A stretch of DNA of 63,619 bases, counting the filler, from Phoronis australis (Eukaryota > Animalia > Phoronida), in the NCBI GenBank assembly GCA_002633005.1. It is 5 parts of 5 records of this genome, joined end to end, with 100 filler letters (N's around TTAATTAATTAA, not from the genome) between each part and the next. Parts side by side here need not be neighbours in the genome. Positions count along the whole stretch, not along the records: positions 1 to 18,288 come from NMRA01000557.1; positions 18,389 to 24,204 come from NMRA01002269.1; positions 24,305 to 29,479 come from NMRA01001839.1; 2 more parts are not named here. The stretch is one strand, 5' to 3'. The position numbers and the translations under genes were made by a program. Below are positions 13,221 through 24,989 of the stretch, in pieces; within the stretch, counting starts at the first letter, position 1; each line of letters begins with the position of its first letter. The notes below the pieces were generated by a model. The model worked only from the letters and a program-made list of their open reading frames with translations. It was not told the origin of the DNA and ran no database searches.

Positions 13221-16200
13221 CAGGATATTGAATGTTAATGATGTGTCGACAATTGACCACAGAGACGTAGAAAATTACATTAGAGAACAAGTTAAGGCGC
13301 CAAACAGTTTTCTGACGAAAGGGTTTAATTTTTTCGGAAAACTTGGTTTGAAACATGAAAATTAAATATGACCAAATTGCGGCAATGGTAGTGTTACGGA
13401 TTAGGTATTATGCTGAATGCAGGGTTACGTTTTTTTGTAAATTGTTGATCAAAACACTTTGTACGCGGACCAGGTCATCTGCTCGTAATGTTGACGAGCT
13501 GAAGACATACATGTATTCGACAGTGGTGGCTGTCATGTGCAATTAGTCACATCTGGTTTAATTTGTCGATCAAGAATATTAACATCAAGCATAGCCTTAT
13601 CCTATGCACTCACTGGGACTAACAGTTGATTTGTCATTGATCTGAAAGAATAATTGATGTTATTAAATGTATTTTTATTAAAATAATAAACCAGGCTCGT
13701 AATTGAATATAAAAATTATTTGACCATCAATTCTGCTTTCTTGGTTGTAATAATTCTTACGTCTATTTTATGTGTTAGATTTCAAATATCAATCTGGACT
13801 AAGTTGAATTTTAAAATTAAAACACCTAATTCGTTCGTCCAAAACATAACCTCGTTTTAGAACTCAATTTCAGTTAACTGGACAATGCAATCATAGTTAT
13901 CATGCTTCTGCAGGAACCTCGTTCGTCCGAGGGGAAAGGTGACAGTGCCTACTGAGAGGCGATTTTTTCGCCGAGTGAGGGCGAGAACAATCTACCTCCC
14001 GATCACCATCAATAGCACCCCCGCCCTGTTGCAAGCTCTCATAGGCCCTATCTCAATTTAAAGTAGCCTTTTGTTCTCTTAAAAATTGTCACCTGTGTGG
14101 TTACAGGTGATGTGAACTCAGAGAGATTTTTCACTAGGGGAATTTTTATGCCTCGTGGGGGAATTTCGCGTGATATTTCAATATTTTTGAGAGCGAAATA
14201 GGGCCGATATTGGACCCCAAATTTGAGGGATTGGGGGCCCTGTCCTTTTTGGAAAGAAAAGCTATAATGTTTCAACCGTAGCAGGGACGGATCCGGGTCG
14301 GATTTTGAGTTGGGGGGCAGGACACAGGAATAAGCAGCATTTCGGCAGATGCGCGCGCCCAGCCTAAAATCTGGAGATGCAGGGGTCTTGAATTCTTGGG
14401 TTTGCAGACCTGTTGTCTAAAAAAAAAACGGTAAACGGGGTTCATTCAGCGGCTATGCGTTGTTTATTCACCTCCCAAGACCCCCTGGTTGCTAGTCAGC
14501 AATTCGCACCCGAACTAAAAATGGGATCTGATACCATTTTAGGGAGGGGGGCCTGTCCCCCTAAATCCGTAGTCATGAAAATACAGCCTGGCTGACCCAT
14601 TCTCCGGTCGTTTCTATGATGCTTGACAGCAGACCGGGATGCGACAAAATATGATCTGACTTTTCGAAAACATTTATTTTACACGTCTCGGCGTATGGCA
14701 ACGACCCAACTCTTCCGAATCTCAACGTCTTTAGAGATTGTAAAGCAGACAGTTGCGTGTCCGTAATTTTTCTAGTCGTTCGCGGAACAACACGGACTGA
14801 AACACAGACTCCTATGCCGATAAGCTAACAGAGCTATCGTAGCGAGCCTCGTTTTGGAACGCACCTCCTGTCGGCGTGAATAGGGTCTATGTTCTGCCTT
14901 ACAAAAGTAGTTTTGTCTTGTGTTTTCTCTGGTACAGGTGAGAGAAAACGACTGAAGCCAGCCGCCTGACCGTCTATTTTACCTTTCGACAAAGTGAAAA
15001 GCAGTCCTTCAGCAATACCTGAGGGAATTGAACTTCTCAATTCAGAAAGTCAGTCCTTAATATCACTGATTATGGACTCTTTTGCGTTGGGAAAAATTAC
15101 AATTGTTTTTAACAAATCATGTTTTTCCATTGTATGTACATGTATGTATGTGGTTTTTCAGTTCGCTATTTTGTTTTTAAATACACTGATTATTGTTTAT
15201 TCTCTAATGTTATGCATAGCAGATTCTTATCCACTTAGGTACGGTTGAAAACATACTTTGCTTGCATGTGGAACTTTTGTTATAGACAAGTTAACACAAA
15301 ACTTAAAACTATTCAAATACCTTCTTAAGAACGCTCTACAAATAGTTTCACACATAAACAAATCAAATGCAATCAAAGGGAATGCTTCGTTTTGATCGCC
15401 GGACATTTCTATAGGTCAACAGAAAAATGATAATTCGCAAGCGTAATCGGTAAGCCCTATAAAGAAGCAGCACCACTGCACTGTATTGGGCTTTGAAACT
15501 GAAGAAATAATGTGGTGTGAAGACAAAGTGACAAATTTGGCTGTTGATGAAAAATTTATTCGATCATCAAAGTGTAACATTAACAGGCTTTTACTAACAA
15601 TAAGACAATCGATGCAGTCAATGAATGCCATTGCCACGTATTGCGTACATAAGTTGAAAAGATTAATTTATATTCCTAGCATAAGCCTACCTGTGATGAT
15701 TTCGTCTAAAAGGTCAATGAGTGCATTTTGAAACTGAATCAGTAGCACAAGACCAATATAGATCTAATACTGCAAAAGTTTGAATTATTCTGAATTGATA
15801 TCTGTCACAACAAACAATTTAATACTAGAAATTCAAGGCTTATGTCCCTCACACTCGCTCAACTTACATCAAGCTGTCGGACAAAAAATTCTTAGAAGAT
15901 ATCAAAAAAATCAATGTGTTGTACTTAGCAAACATTCCACTAAATCATTATATGAACCAAAAAATTGTAACTAAATGCAAATAACACAACATTAAATAAA
16001 TGTTATTTTTCAAAACTTAAAATTCTCTGCGTACGTCCTTCACGCCCATGTAAAGGCAATTTTTGTCAGTCAGGTAAAAAGATAGAACGCTTTATACATG
16101 CTTTGAAAGCTATTGATGAGACCTAACAATTGATGTATTGTTTTCCTAGGATGAATATTTCTTTAACAATTGATCAAAATGTTCTCTGATTGTAAGTCCG

Positions 16201-17089
16201 TCACAAACAGAATTGTCCACTTATATTAACTCAGAGGTACAAGTTGCGAAAACCTGTAGAGTGATTGATTTAGTTGTCTAGACTTCTATTAAACTAGGCC
16301 TGCTAAAGGAGCACCTATCATGTCCACAGCTTGTTAAAGGTGTCCAGACAGAAATACACAATGCTTGATTTTTATTACCTGTAATGATTGATCAGCATAG
16401 CATTGACATCTCTATGTGATCTTTAGAAACCTGTTACAAATTGCATCATTAATGAAAATGAATTACAGACAGATCAATGAATGTTAAACGTACAGTAATT
16501 GCCTAAAAATGTAGAATGTTGGGCATAACCAATCTCATGTTCATTTTTTGTCTGACAATCGTGCAGCAATGGGTGCCTATTGCTTAGCACTGCGGTGAAG
16601 GAAGGCACACTGCTGTACTGCTCCAATGCGCCGAGATTATTCTCCACGCCACTGTTGACCAGTTATCACATACTACTAGGTTCACAAGTCATTCAAACAA
16701 TGAAGTAAATTGTTCTTGTGCCCAATCTTAGGTCTCTATCAATTTTTTTCTAGGAAGCTTGCTCATCCTGGTTTCTTACTTCTAAACTCTAGGGTGTACA
16801 GGACGAAGCCATCACCTTGGGAATACTCACAGAAAACTGATGCTCCTCATTCAACTTTTGACTGAAATGAATTTAAAGTCTTTTTCCAACAGACGATACC
16901 TTCACATCAGCACCCTCCAATTTCATGACGACCTTTTTTAGGACAAAGCACCCTGAGAATGAAAACCCTACAATCAAATGCATCCTACTTATCTTTTTCA
17001 TAATACTTAGTATCCTACAGGTATATCAGCTTACCAACTGTCTTCGGGTGAAGTAAAGTTCACACAGGACTATAATAGTAACAAACCTG

Positions 17090-17228
17090 GCGTGCGTTCA
17101 ATAGACGCTAGGACCTAGCTAAAACCTAGTCAAAGTCACGTGTTCTCTTTTAAAATACACTGCAATATCTCACGTAATCTCGCGAAGTCTTGCTTTTTAG
17201 CTAAGTCCTAGCGTTACTGAACGGGAGG
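17090..17228. mobile_element. PIF/Harbinger-like MITE, family 1 copy b
   Basis: Colinear with 6721-6871 (ACGCTAGGACCTA...TCACGTGTT...CGTAATCT..CGAAGTC...GTCCTAGCGTTACTGAAC); CTG/CAG flanks. Confidence 0.65.
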
Positions 17229-17420
17229 CAGATATCTCAGCAGGGAATAATAACAAAGTACAATCAGTTGACGGCGTTACATATATACATGTAAATGACC
17301 AAATGCTCATAAATGACAATACAAACTAAATAGCAGCAGAAAAGCAGGAAGACAATTATAACCTAACTTTTCTGACTTTAAAATATCCCCTTATTGACGG
17401 CAAACTCTTTAACTTGTGCC

Positions 17421-17668
17421 TCACACTTTGCCAAATCCATAAGATCCAGTCAAAGCACGTTTCATGAAGACTTTAAAATTGTCGGGGTCATCCACTCCCC
17501 TTGGCAGATAGAGCATCGGTGCGCAGGTTGATGCAAATGAGTATCTGACATTACCATCAATCTGGTCATAAAAACCCAAAATGATTTTACTGTCAAATCC
17601 CATGGGTGGCACACCATCGGCCCCAGTCATGAACGCCAGAAGTTCACTCAGAGATCCGTCATTTTCGT
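17421..17668 (-). CDS. Terminal exon of a G2E3-like HECT-domain E3 ubiquitin ligase (partial)
   Basis: Acceptor TTTTTACAG ends at 17669. The translation ...LSELLAFMTGADGVPPMGFDSKIILGFY...SFASTCAPMLYLP...ALTGSYGFGKV* shows the HECT C-lobe pattern (L.F.TG...P..GF, catalytic A.TC...L.LP, terminal GFG). Upstream exons were not found before the block ends at 18288. Confidence 0.8.
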
Positions 17669-17749
17669 CTGTAAAAAGAAAATAATATAGCATGAACTGA
17701 TTTTTCAAGTCCAATGTAAAGCACAGAAAAAATGAACTCCTAAGAAATG

Positions 17750-17915
17750 TAGATTATTACAAGGCGAAGTCGTTATCCCTCGTAATCTAGAGCCTGATTG
17801 GATTTTGGAAAATTATCGCCCTAGGGGCGATAGCTCCAAGGGCCGTTAGCAGCGAGGACGATAATTCTACAAAATCCACTTGGGCTCTAGATAAGAGGGA
17901 TAATAACTGAGACCA
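17750..17915. repeat. Hairpin-forming dispersed repeat (partial second copy at 50086-50168)
   Basis: GTTATCCCTCGTAATCTAGAGCCTGATTGGATTTTGGAAAATTATCG pairs with CGATAATTCTACAAAATCCACTTGGGCTCTAGATAAGAGGGATAATAAC. The left half recurs at 50086 (TAGATTATTACATGGCGAAGTCGTTA...). Confidence 0.75.
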
Positions 17916-18288
17916 TGTACGTTTAATAATTTATTTATACCACATACAGAACGAAAAACATTGCAATGAATCGATCTACCGTTCTCGACTCGCCTCGGCT
18001 TTTGTAATTACTTTCTATGTCAGAGGCCTGAGGTCAGAGGTCGTGAAGTTTCAAGAAACGCCGATTTTTTTGTTAAAACCAAATAAAAATCGAAGGAAAA
18101 TAGAATTACACTCCGAAACCCTATAGTCGTCCGCCTAAGCATAAAACCGGCTTGTTGTCTTACTCACCCAATTATTCCACTTCATAGTTATGATCTGAAT
18201 AGGACTTGATTTAACTCTCACAAATATATAGTATTCGTTGATTCAAACGTTTTCTTTTACTTAAGCCGAGTTGTTCAACTGTGCATTG

Positions 18289-18388
18289 NNNNNNNNNNNN
18301 NNNNNNNNNNNNNNNNNNNNNNNNNNNNNNNNTTAATTAATTAANNNNNNNNNNNNNNNNNNNNNNNNNNNNNNNNNNNNNNNNNNNN
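18289..18388. other. Artificial contig-joining spacer
   Basis: 44 N + TTAATTAATTAA (stops in all six frames) + 44 N. Confidence 0.97.
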
Positions 18389-18535
18389 AAATCTGTACTT
18401 TCTGTTCTTGAATTTGTCTCTGCTTGCTAAAGGGTATTTGACATCTCTGCCTGATCTCCAAGCCTTGTATTTGCTTAAGAAGCGTGCTTGTTTTGATTTA
18501 CACGAACCTAAAACTTAATACTATGTGTTTCACAG

Positions 18536-21500
18536 GATCAATGCGCTGGTTGAACAGGAAGTGAAACGTCGACTGTTTGAGGAGAAGGTACAGCGTGAGA
18601 AGCAGCGACGAATGGAGCGAGAGCAGGAGAGGCAGGAGCGAGAGATGGAGATGGAGAAAATGAAACGAGCGCATGACAAGGAGATTAAACGACTGAAACA
18701 ACGATATAAGTGAGTGGGATGGAGCTCTTTTACTGTCATAGAAATGAGGATGTGATGGAATGTGAATGCACTTCTAGATTTGAAATTATTATTTGTAAGT
18801 TATCTATTTTAAAATTCTGTCTTTCCTCTGTTTTCGTAATTTTACCATAAATCTTAACCTTTTTAGCACATAGTATGCTGTGGTTGACAAGTGTATCTCA
18901 GTTTTGTCAAATGTCTCCAGAAATATGTGGGGAATTGACGTACAACAGAGCTGTGTACCGTATGCAAAAAAATGCTGATTTGTACGGAAATATGGCTTGA
19001 AGTACACAACAGGCAAAAATGCGCAAGTTGGAAGCAGTTTATTTACCTACTTGTTGCTGACTTAGTGGTGAGCTTAAGGTAGAAATGGAAGATGTTTAAA
19101 CTAGAATTTCAAATATATGTATTCATATTATTTTAATCAAAAACTTGAACTGCGAATTTGGAAACTTGCTTCAATTCCTTTTAAATAGAGCATGATAATC
19201 TATGAATCACAAGGCCTCTTCTACTAATTTTCGTTGTCACCTACCAACTGGTTGTTGGATTGTTTCTTTCATTTGATTCCAACTATCTTCAGCTAGATGC
19301 GTACTGTTGTCAAAATGACAAAGAGTTAGAGCTGCATATGCCGAGTAGTAAAGAAAATAGCTTCTGAAAGAAGGGAACATGTTATTCCTTAGAATGGCAG
19401 TGTCTTATCGAAAAGCTTCGAATTTATATTGTAAATTCTGTGGTGCTTTGTTTTCTTTTGCACATGGTGGCCACACTGACTTCACGGCACGTTGAGTCGT
19501 CAACGTTGGTCGAGGTTTTTTGGTAGCTAATGCGGTAGTATGTGTTTATAGATGCTTTCAATGAGCAATTATTTCAAACTTTTGTGGATTGATTAAGAAT
19601 ATGCCATGATGTAAAACATTGGCTAGTCCAGATTCAGGAGCACTTTTTTGAAGATATCTTTTCAATTGGTTTGAGAAACGAGCATAACTTTTGGAGCAAG
19701 GAACTATTCTTTGTTGGGTATCTTATCACGGTATAAATTACCATTGCGGCATGTACTTTAGTTAGGTATTAGTTCAATAAGGAACCTGATATTTTCACTA
19801 CTGCTAGCACAATCCACCAACTTAACACCTTAGAGAATTCGAAAAATTAGTGGTCAAATCACTGTATGGATTAAATTGTGTCATTTTTTAAAAGTAAGTT
19901 ACTAGGAAAAGTACCAACTAAACACAGTTTCAATACGCTAGCATGTTGAAAAATTCGAATATTCTGTGTTTGTTCTCTATATGAAAATCTGCAAATTTAC
20001 TTAAAAATTTTGCAAATCTGGTGTCCAAAATTCTCAAATGCAGTCTGGTACAACTTTAAATGATGCTACTAAATAGGAACATTTTCTTTGATTGCAGGAC
20101 TCTGTGTATTTTTTCTAACATTTAGGAACTTCATGTCATGGAAGTTGGCGTATATTGTGTTGATGCACCACCAAAAAAATTAATAATTTTATTGAAACTG
20201 GTGTCATGGTAAAAGTTCATCATTTTTTAATGACTGGTGTCTAAACTGGTTTGTGTTTAACACATTTTTTTAAAATTTTAACCAAACTAAAGCTGTAAGA
20301 ATATCTTTTATAGTAAAAAATATCTCCCTTTTCATTTCAGTGATTTAACAGCCAGCATGCCAGCCCCTGTGAAGACACGGGCCAACCCTTACGCGTCCAT
20401 ACAGAACACGGACGCAGAACTTGTAGTTGACCAGGAGAGAAAAGTGAGTAAAGACGGATACACTGCATATTTAAACTAATCTTTTAAACGCTAGAATGCA
20501 TAAGAATTATTTGCAAACTAATGTTTCATTGTCATCATTTAATTCTTATTTGTTTTGTTTTCCCTCAAGTGACATTGGCTCAAATAGTTGATTTATTTCC
20601 CAAATGACCAACGGTCATAATTTAGAACAAGAGGCAGTTTTAAAGCGTCTTCTATAAACCCGTCTTCCAGTTCCCAAAGCCAGCTTTATGATTTAGACCA
20701 CCTGCTGTTACAGAATTGGTTTCACATTTTTCTTAGTCATAATAGAGTTGAAGTCTGGGCTGAGAAAGAACTTACGGACATGGTGTTCAAACTGACGTGT
20801 CACTATGCATTATTTTATTCACCGAGCATGGTCTATCCAAGATAAACCAACTGTCAGGTCTTTTTTTAATATTTTTTAATATTTTTAAAATTTTTAATAT
20901 TTTTAATTTGTTCTAACATGATAATTACATGTCACATAAAACAATACAGTATACATCATTTACGAGAAATAACATTAAATCACTTGTCAACAAGTAGCAT
21001 TTTTTCTTCAGGATGTAACTTAGTAAAGTTTATGAACATTTAGAAATTGAGAATTTTTTAACAAATTTTTGGCTAAATATATAATTTTTTGCTAGTATGA
21101 TCTACAGATTAATGTTACAATTTTTCGACTGAGTGTTTCCCAAAAAAACAAAAAACAAACACTGTTATTTTGTCCACATGATAAGTTTGTTTTAACCACT
21201 CGGCAAACAGGAGCCAGAAACCGGAGACAAGACAACATTCCCAAAACAGATGGAGAAAAGTTTCACTGTGTTCACCACAGAAAAAGCATAAATCACTTGT
21301 TTTTGTTTTAATTTTGTGCAAATAATTATTGGTTGGCAATATTCTGTGAATTAAGCGGTATTGAAACCAACGCAATTTTGTATCTTTTGTACAATTGAAG
21401 GGGAGATCAAAAATCACTTCTCATCCGAGCATGGTCCGCCAACTCTCCATATTTTCAATGGATGAAATCTGTGAGGTTACGCCCTGTCGTCATTATTCAC

Positions 21501-23890
21501 TAGTGACACCTGGCAAAATTAGCAAGTTTTACATCCGGCAAGTACATCGTCGGCTAATCGTGGTCAGATGTTGTTTGGTCGGGTTGCCAAAAGTACTCAC
21601 GATACCAACAGTTTAACTATTGGAAGACTCTGAACAGCATTTCAATGCCGAAATTTTTTTTCGTTGCACTGGACAGTAAAATAGATGTGAGAATTTCCTG
21701 TCACAATACACTAACCGGAAACTGAAATTGGTAATTTATGAGAGTGGCACCTCGTAGTATACTATCCAAGAAAATGTCAGAGTTGCGAAGCTGTGGTCTA
21801 TAATCTATGATCTGAGTAAGGAACAAGTTGAGACCAGTTTTATAGCTGTAAGTGATCTTAATCAAAAGTTAGTTTCTTCATCGAAACTCCACTTCATGGT
21901 CACCTAAACTTAAATTTGAATCACATTTCATGAACGTTGTCTGATAACATGATTTTTTGGTTTACTGCTGAGTAAATCTGGAAAGTCTTACTTTCTGATT
22001 TGTAGGTTGGGCGGTCTTTATCCCAGTGTCGCTGTGACAATATTCATGTTTGCATTCCTAGCTATACACTGAGAGGTAATGGCTCGGACTGTCACCATGA
22101 GTTTGAGGTCAAGGTAAGCAGTAAGCACCAAGTCTGATTTTATGCCAGAGTTGTTGTTTGGTAAAGTTTGTAAGCAGGCGAGGATCATAATTGTTTTAGC
22201 ACAGTCCTGTTTTGATCATGTGTACCATGAATGCAACATTAGCAAAAGATCAATTTCGACCTTTTTACGATTTGAGATTTGTGGGAATCATATCTCTTGG
22301 AGGACATGTTGGTTATGAATATTTGTGTACGCTCTCCAATTTCATTCTGTTGGTTTCATTCTGATTTGGATGAGCACCTTCCCACAATGCACTGCAATGT
22401 GATGCTTCATCTATATGTAAAAAGGTTCAAGTTATGTTGAATATAAAATGTCCCGCTAGGTGCAATGAGAAGTGATATTTTTGCTGACCATGCCATAGGT
22501 TTACCTCATGGAATTGCCATTTGCGATCCAACACTGCGACATCGCTGACTTTACCCAGTGACACGTATTTTTGATAGACACGATTGCCTTGTCTATTCAG
22601 GTTATAATTGGACATTAATGTTGGATAGTGTATAGATTGCCTTGTCTGTTCAGGTTATAATTGGACACGAATGTTGGACAGTGTACAGAAGATACAAGAG
22701 ATTTAGAGAATTACATTCCTTCATGAAGACAAAATACCCAGAGGTAAGCTGAGCACCGCTGCTTCATTGGTGGACTGTGTAGAAATATGGCATGCATTCA
22801 GGTTTCCTAATCAATTTGTGTATTCTGGTATTGGTTCTTCCAGAAACCAGATCTTGTTGAAATTAGCTTTGTTTTTTAATGTTATTATAAATGAAATTTT
22901 GAAAAATGTACATTTCAATCTAAATATGTTATAGAGAGTGCAGACTTTTAGATAAATGTCCAGTTTTGAAAAATGACTGTGTCCATTCTGGTCACGTCTG
23001 TTACCACAATTAAGGTGATTGGAGTTCCTAATTAAATTGAAAATTCTAACTTTCACTTATATATTTTTAAATGCACTTTCATGGATCTACTTGCAGATGT
23101 TAAAATGATGTTTGTTAATACCAAATTAATTATTTATTTTTATAAAAGATTAGAAAGTCAAAATGTCACTTCTGTTACCAAACAAATACTGTGAATTCAA
23201 CATATGTTTGTTTTTCAGTTGGGTAAGCTTGTATTCCCTGCCAGAAAGTTGTTTGGACGTCATTCAGAGAAGTTTGTCTCTGAAAGAAAAACACAACTTG
23301 AGGTAAACAAAAAGGAGTTCACATCACCTAGTGAAGTGGTAGCAGTAGTACATCTACCAGAGTGTGAACTAACAATATTACATCCACCAGAGTGTGAAAT
23401 AACAATAGTACATCTACCAGAGTGTGAACTAACAATAGTACATCTATCAGAGTGTGTGCTAATACTAGTACATCTATTATAATGTGAAATAACAATTGGG
23501 TATTTCTTACATTGATGATGAACTTTTTGTTGAACGAACTTTCATTTTTACTTCTTGAAGAATGTAAAAAATTGAAATTATCTGTTTCTCCCTTACAGTC
23601 ATTTAAGCTTCTCTCAGTAATTTTTTTTCTCCGTGTGCAGAATGAAAGTTAATTCAGTTATCATGTGGACATCCTTGTCATCTCACTACAACACGTTTGT
23701 GACAATATGGAATATTTTGTGTTTCATCTTCCAGCATTATCTCCAGAGTTTCATAGAAGTCTTGCAGAATGACCCAAACAGTTTCCTGCACAGATCTCAG
23801 AACAAGGGCCTGTCAAAGCAACTGCTGTGTGAGTTCCTTCCCTTCTTCAAGAAAGGCGTCTTTGAAACTTCCAAGCATAACACATCGTAG
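18536..23890 (+). CDS. KIF16B: Kinesin-3 KIF16B-like protein, 3' part with C-terminal PX domain (6 exons, 5'-partial)
   Basis: Exons 18536-18709, 20341-20443, 22006-22113, 22654-22743, 23219-23302 and 23735-23890; all introns are GT-AG with matching phases. The translation includes INALVEQEVKRRL, IPSYTLRGNGSDCHHEFEVK, WTVYRRYKRFRELH, FPARKLFG..SERKTQLEHYL and LSKQLLCEFLPFFKKGVFE, matching the KIF16B C-terminus as I recall it. Confidence 0.92.
19380..19505 (+). mobile_element. Degraded N-terminal zinc-finger fragment of a hAT-like transposase (intronic)
   Basis: Frameshifted translation ...LYCKFCGALFSFAHGGHTD/SRHVES fits the C..C...FS..HGG..D...H finger of hAT-type transposases. Confidence 0.4.
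20861..21420 (-). mobile_element. 5'-truncated L1/Tx1-like LINE 3' fragment (zf-RVT region), copy a, in a KIF16B intron
   Basis: ORF 21115-21417 reads KLRWFQYRLIHRILPTNNYLHKIK..SDLCFFC..HSETFLHLFWEC..V..FW. An A-rich tail lies on the minus strand at ~20861-20910. Confidence 0.85.
22582..22687 (+). repeat. 53-bp tandem duplication spanning a KIF16B splice acceptor and exon start
   Basis: GATTGCCTTGTCTATTCAG|GTTATAATTGGACATTAATGTTGGATAGTGTATA is followed by GATTGCCTTGTCTGTTCAG|GTTATAATTGGACACGAATGTTGGACAGTGTACA. Confidence 0.9.
23341..23496. repeat. 30-bp minisatellite, ~5 copies (intronic)
   Basis: Unit AACAATAGTACATCTACCAGAGTGTGAACT repeats at 30-nt period from 23341. Confidence 0.9.
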
Positions 23891-24204
23891 ACCTGGTGAT
23901 GTTGCCGATTTGAATACTATTTATTTATTTACATGTTCTATGAGAACGGTGATTGTCTTGTGTGCTGTTATTCAACAAAGTTGAAGAAGTGTCTACGTCA
24001 TTAATGTTGCAAAGGTTGCGATATCATGTTGTTCTTATCCCGTAAAGTGCATGATCATGCCAACATTATCTCCTGGTTGAAATTACAGTGGGTGATTGTT
24101 CCTTGTTACTTTTTATACACTCAAAAAGCTGCCAAGCAAGTATAATGGATAAAAGTGCCATTCTGTGAGGTTGTGTAAACACGCAGATAACAGATGTTAA
24201 ATTG

Positions 24205-24304
24205 NNNNNNNNNNNNNNNNNNNNNNNNNNNNNNNNNNNNNNNNNNNNTTAATTAATTAANNNNNNNNNNNNNNNNNNNNNNNNNNNNNNNNNNNNNNNN
24301 NNNN
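24205..24304. other. Artificial contig-joining spacer
   Basis: 44 N + TTAATTAATTAA + 44 N. Confidence 0.97.
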
Positions 24305-24491
24305 TGCTGCGCTTAGGGTCCAAAAGGTTAATCTGAAAATCAAGGAATTTAAAATGACTACAGTTTTTACCAATACACACCAAAACATTTCAAACTGTTT
24401 AAATACAAAATTATGATCGATAGGAACTTGAAGAGAAATTTGGCCATCGATTCACCACAGCGATCAAACCACATTCACCATCTCCAAAAAG

Positions 24492-24714
24492 AACCACGTG
24501 GTGTAATGCTGAAAGCTGTTTACCAGAAACTGCGTGAAAAACTCCCTTTATGTAGATTTACAGATTTAAAAACAGAATAAAACATGTTTTACTCTTTTTA
24601 AATCGATAATGCGTTAATTAATGCTCAGCAATCAATTACAGTTCTGGAAATCTGCATAAAAGAGTGCGTCAGGCAGTTTCTTGTAAACAGCTTTCAGCAC
24701 TACACCACGTGCTT
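24492..24714. repeat. Imperfect inverted repeat / hairpin element
   Basis: AACCACGTGGTGTAATGCTGAAAGCTGTTTACCAGAAACTGC pairs with GCAGTTTCTTGTAAACAGCTTTCAGCACTACACCACGTGCTT, with weaker pairing further inward. Confidence 0.85.
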
Positions 24715-24989
24715 CTGAAATTGACGCAAACACTGAGTGCGTGCACTCGGTTGTGAGACTGCACGTATATGGAACTAATTCAGGCCAAGCCAAGCAAAAC
24801 ATTCTACATAAGAGCGTTATATTTCACAAAAGTTCAAGAACTTAATCGCCCCTCGGTACGGTAAGGCTATTATTCTCGGTTGCTTAGAAACAAAGTTTGG
24901 TAGAAATTCAGGACCAACCCTCCAGGAATTACTGTACTTCGGTGTCGTTCTGTTTACCACTAAGCCTTTTCTAAAAACTCGTAACAAAA

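Noticed and set aside
23341-23496. Regularly spaced 30-bp repeats as a CRISPR array or a coding repeat (VHLPECELTI)
   Set aside because: There are no unique spacers, the context is eukaryotic, and the repeats lie after a GT donor inside an intron.
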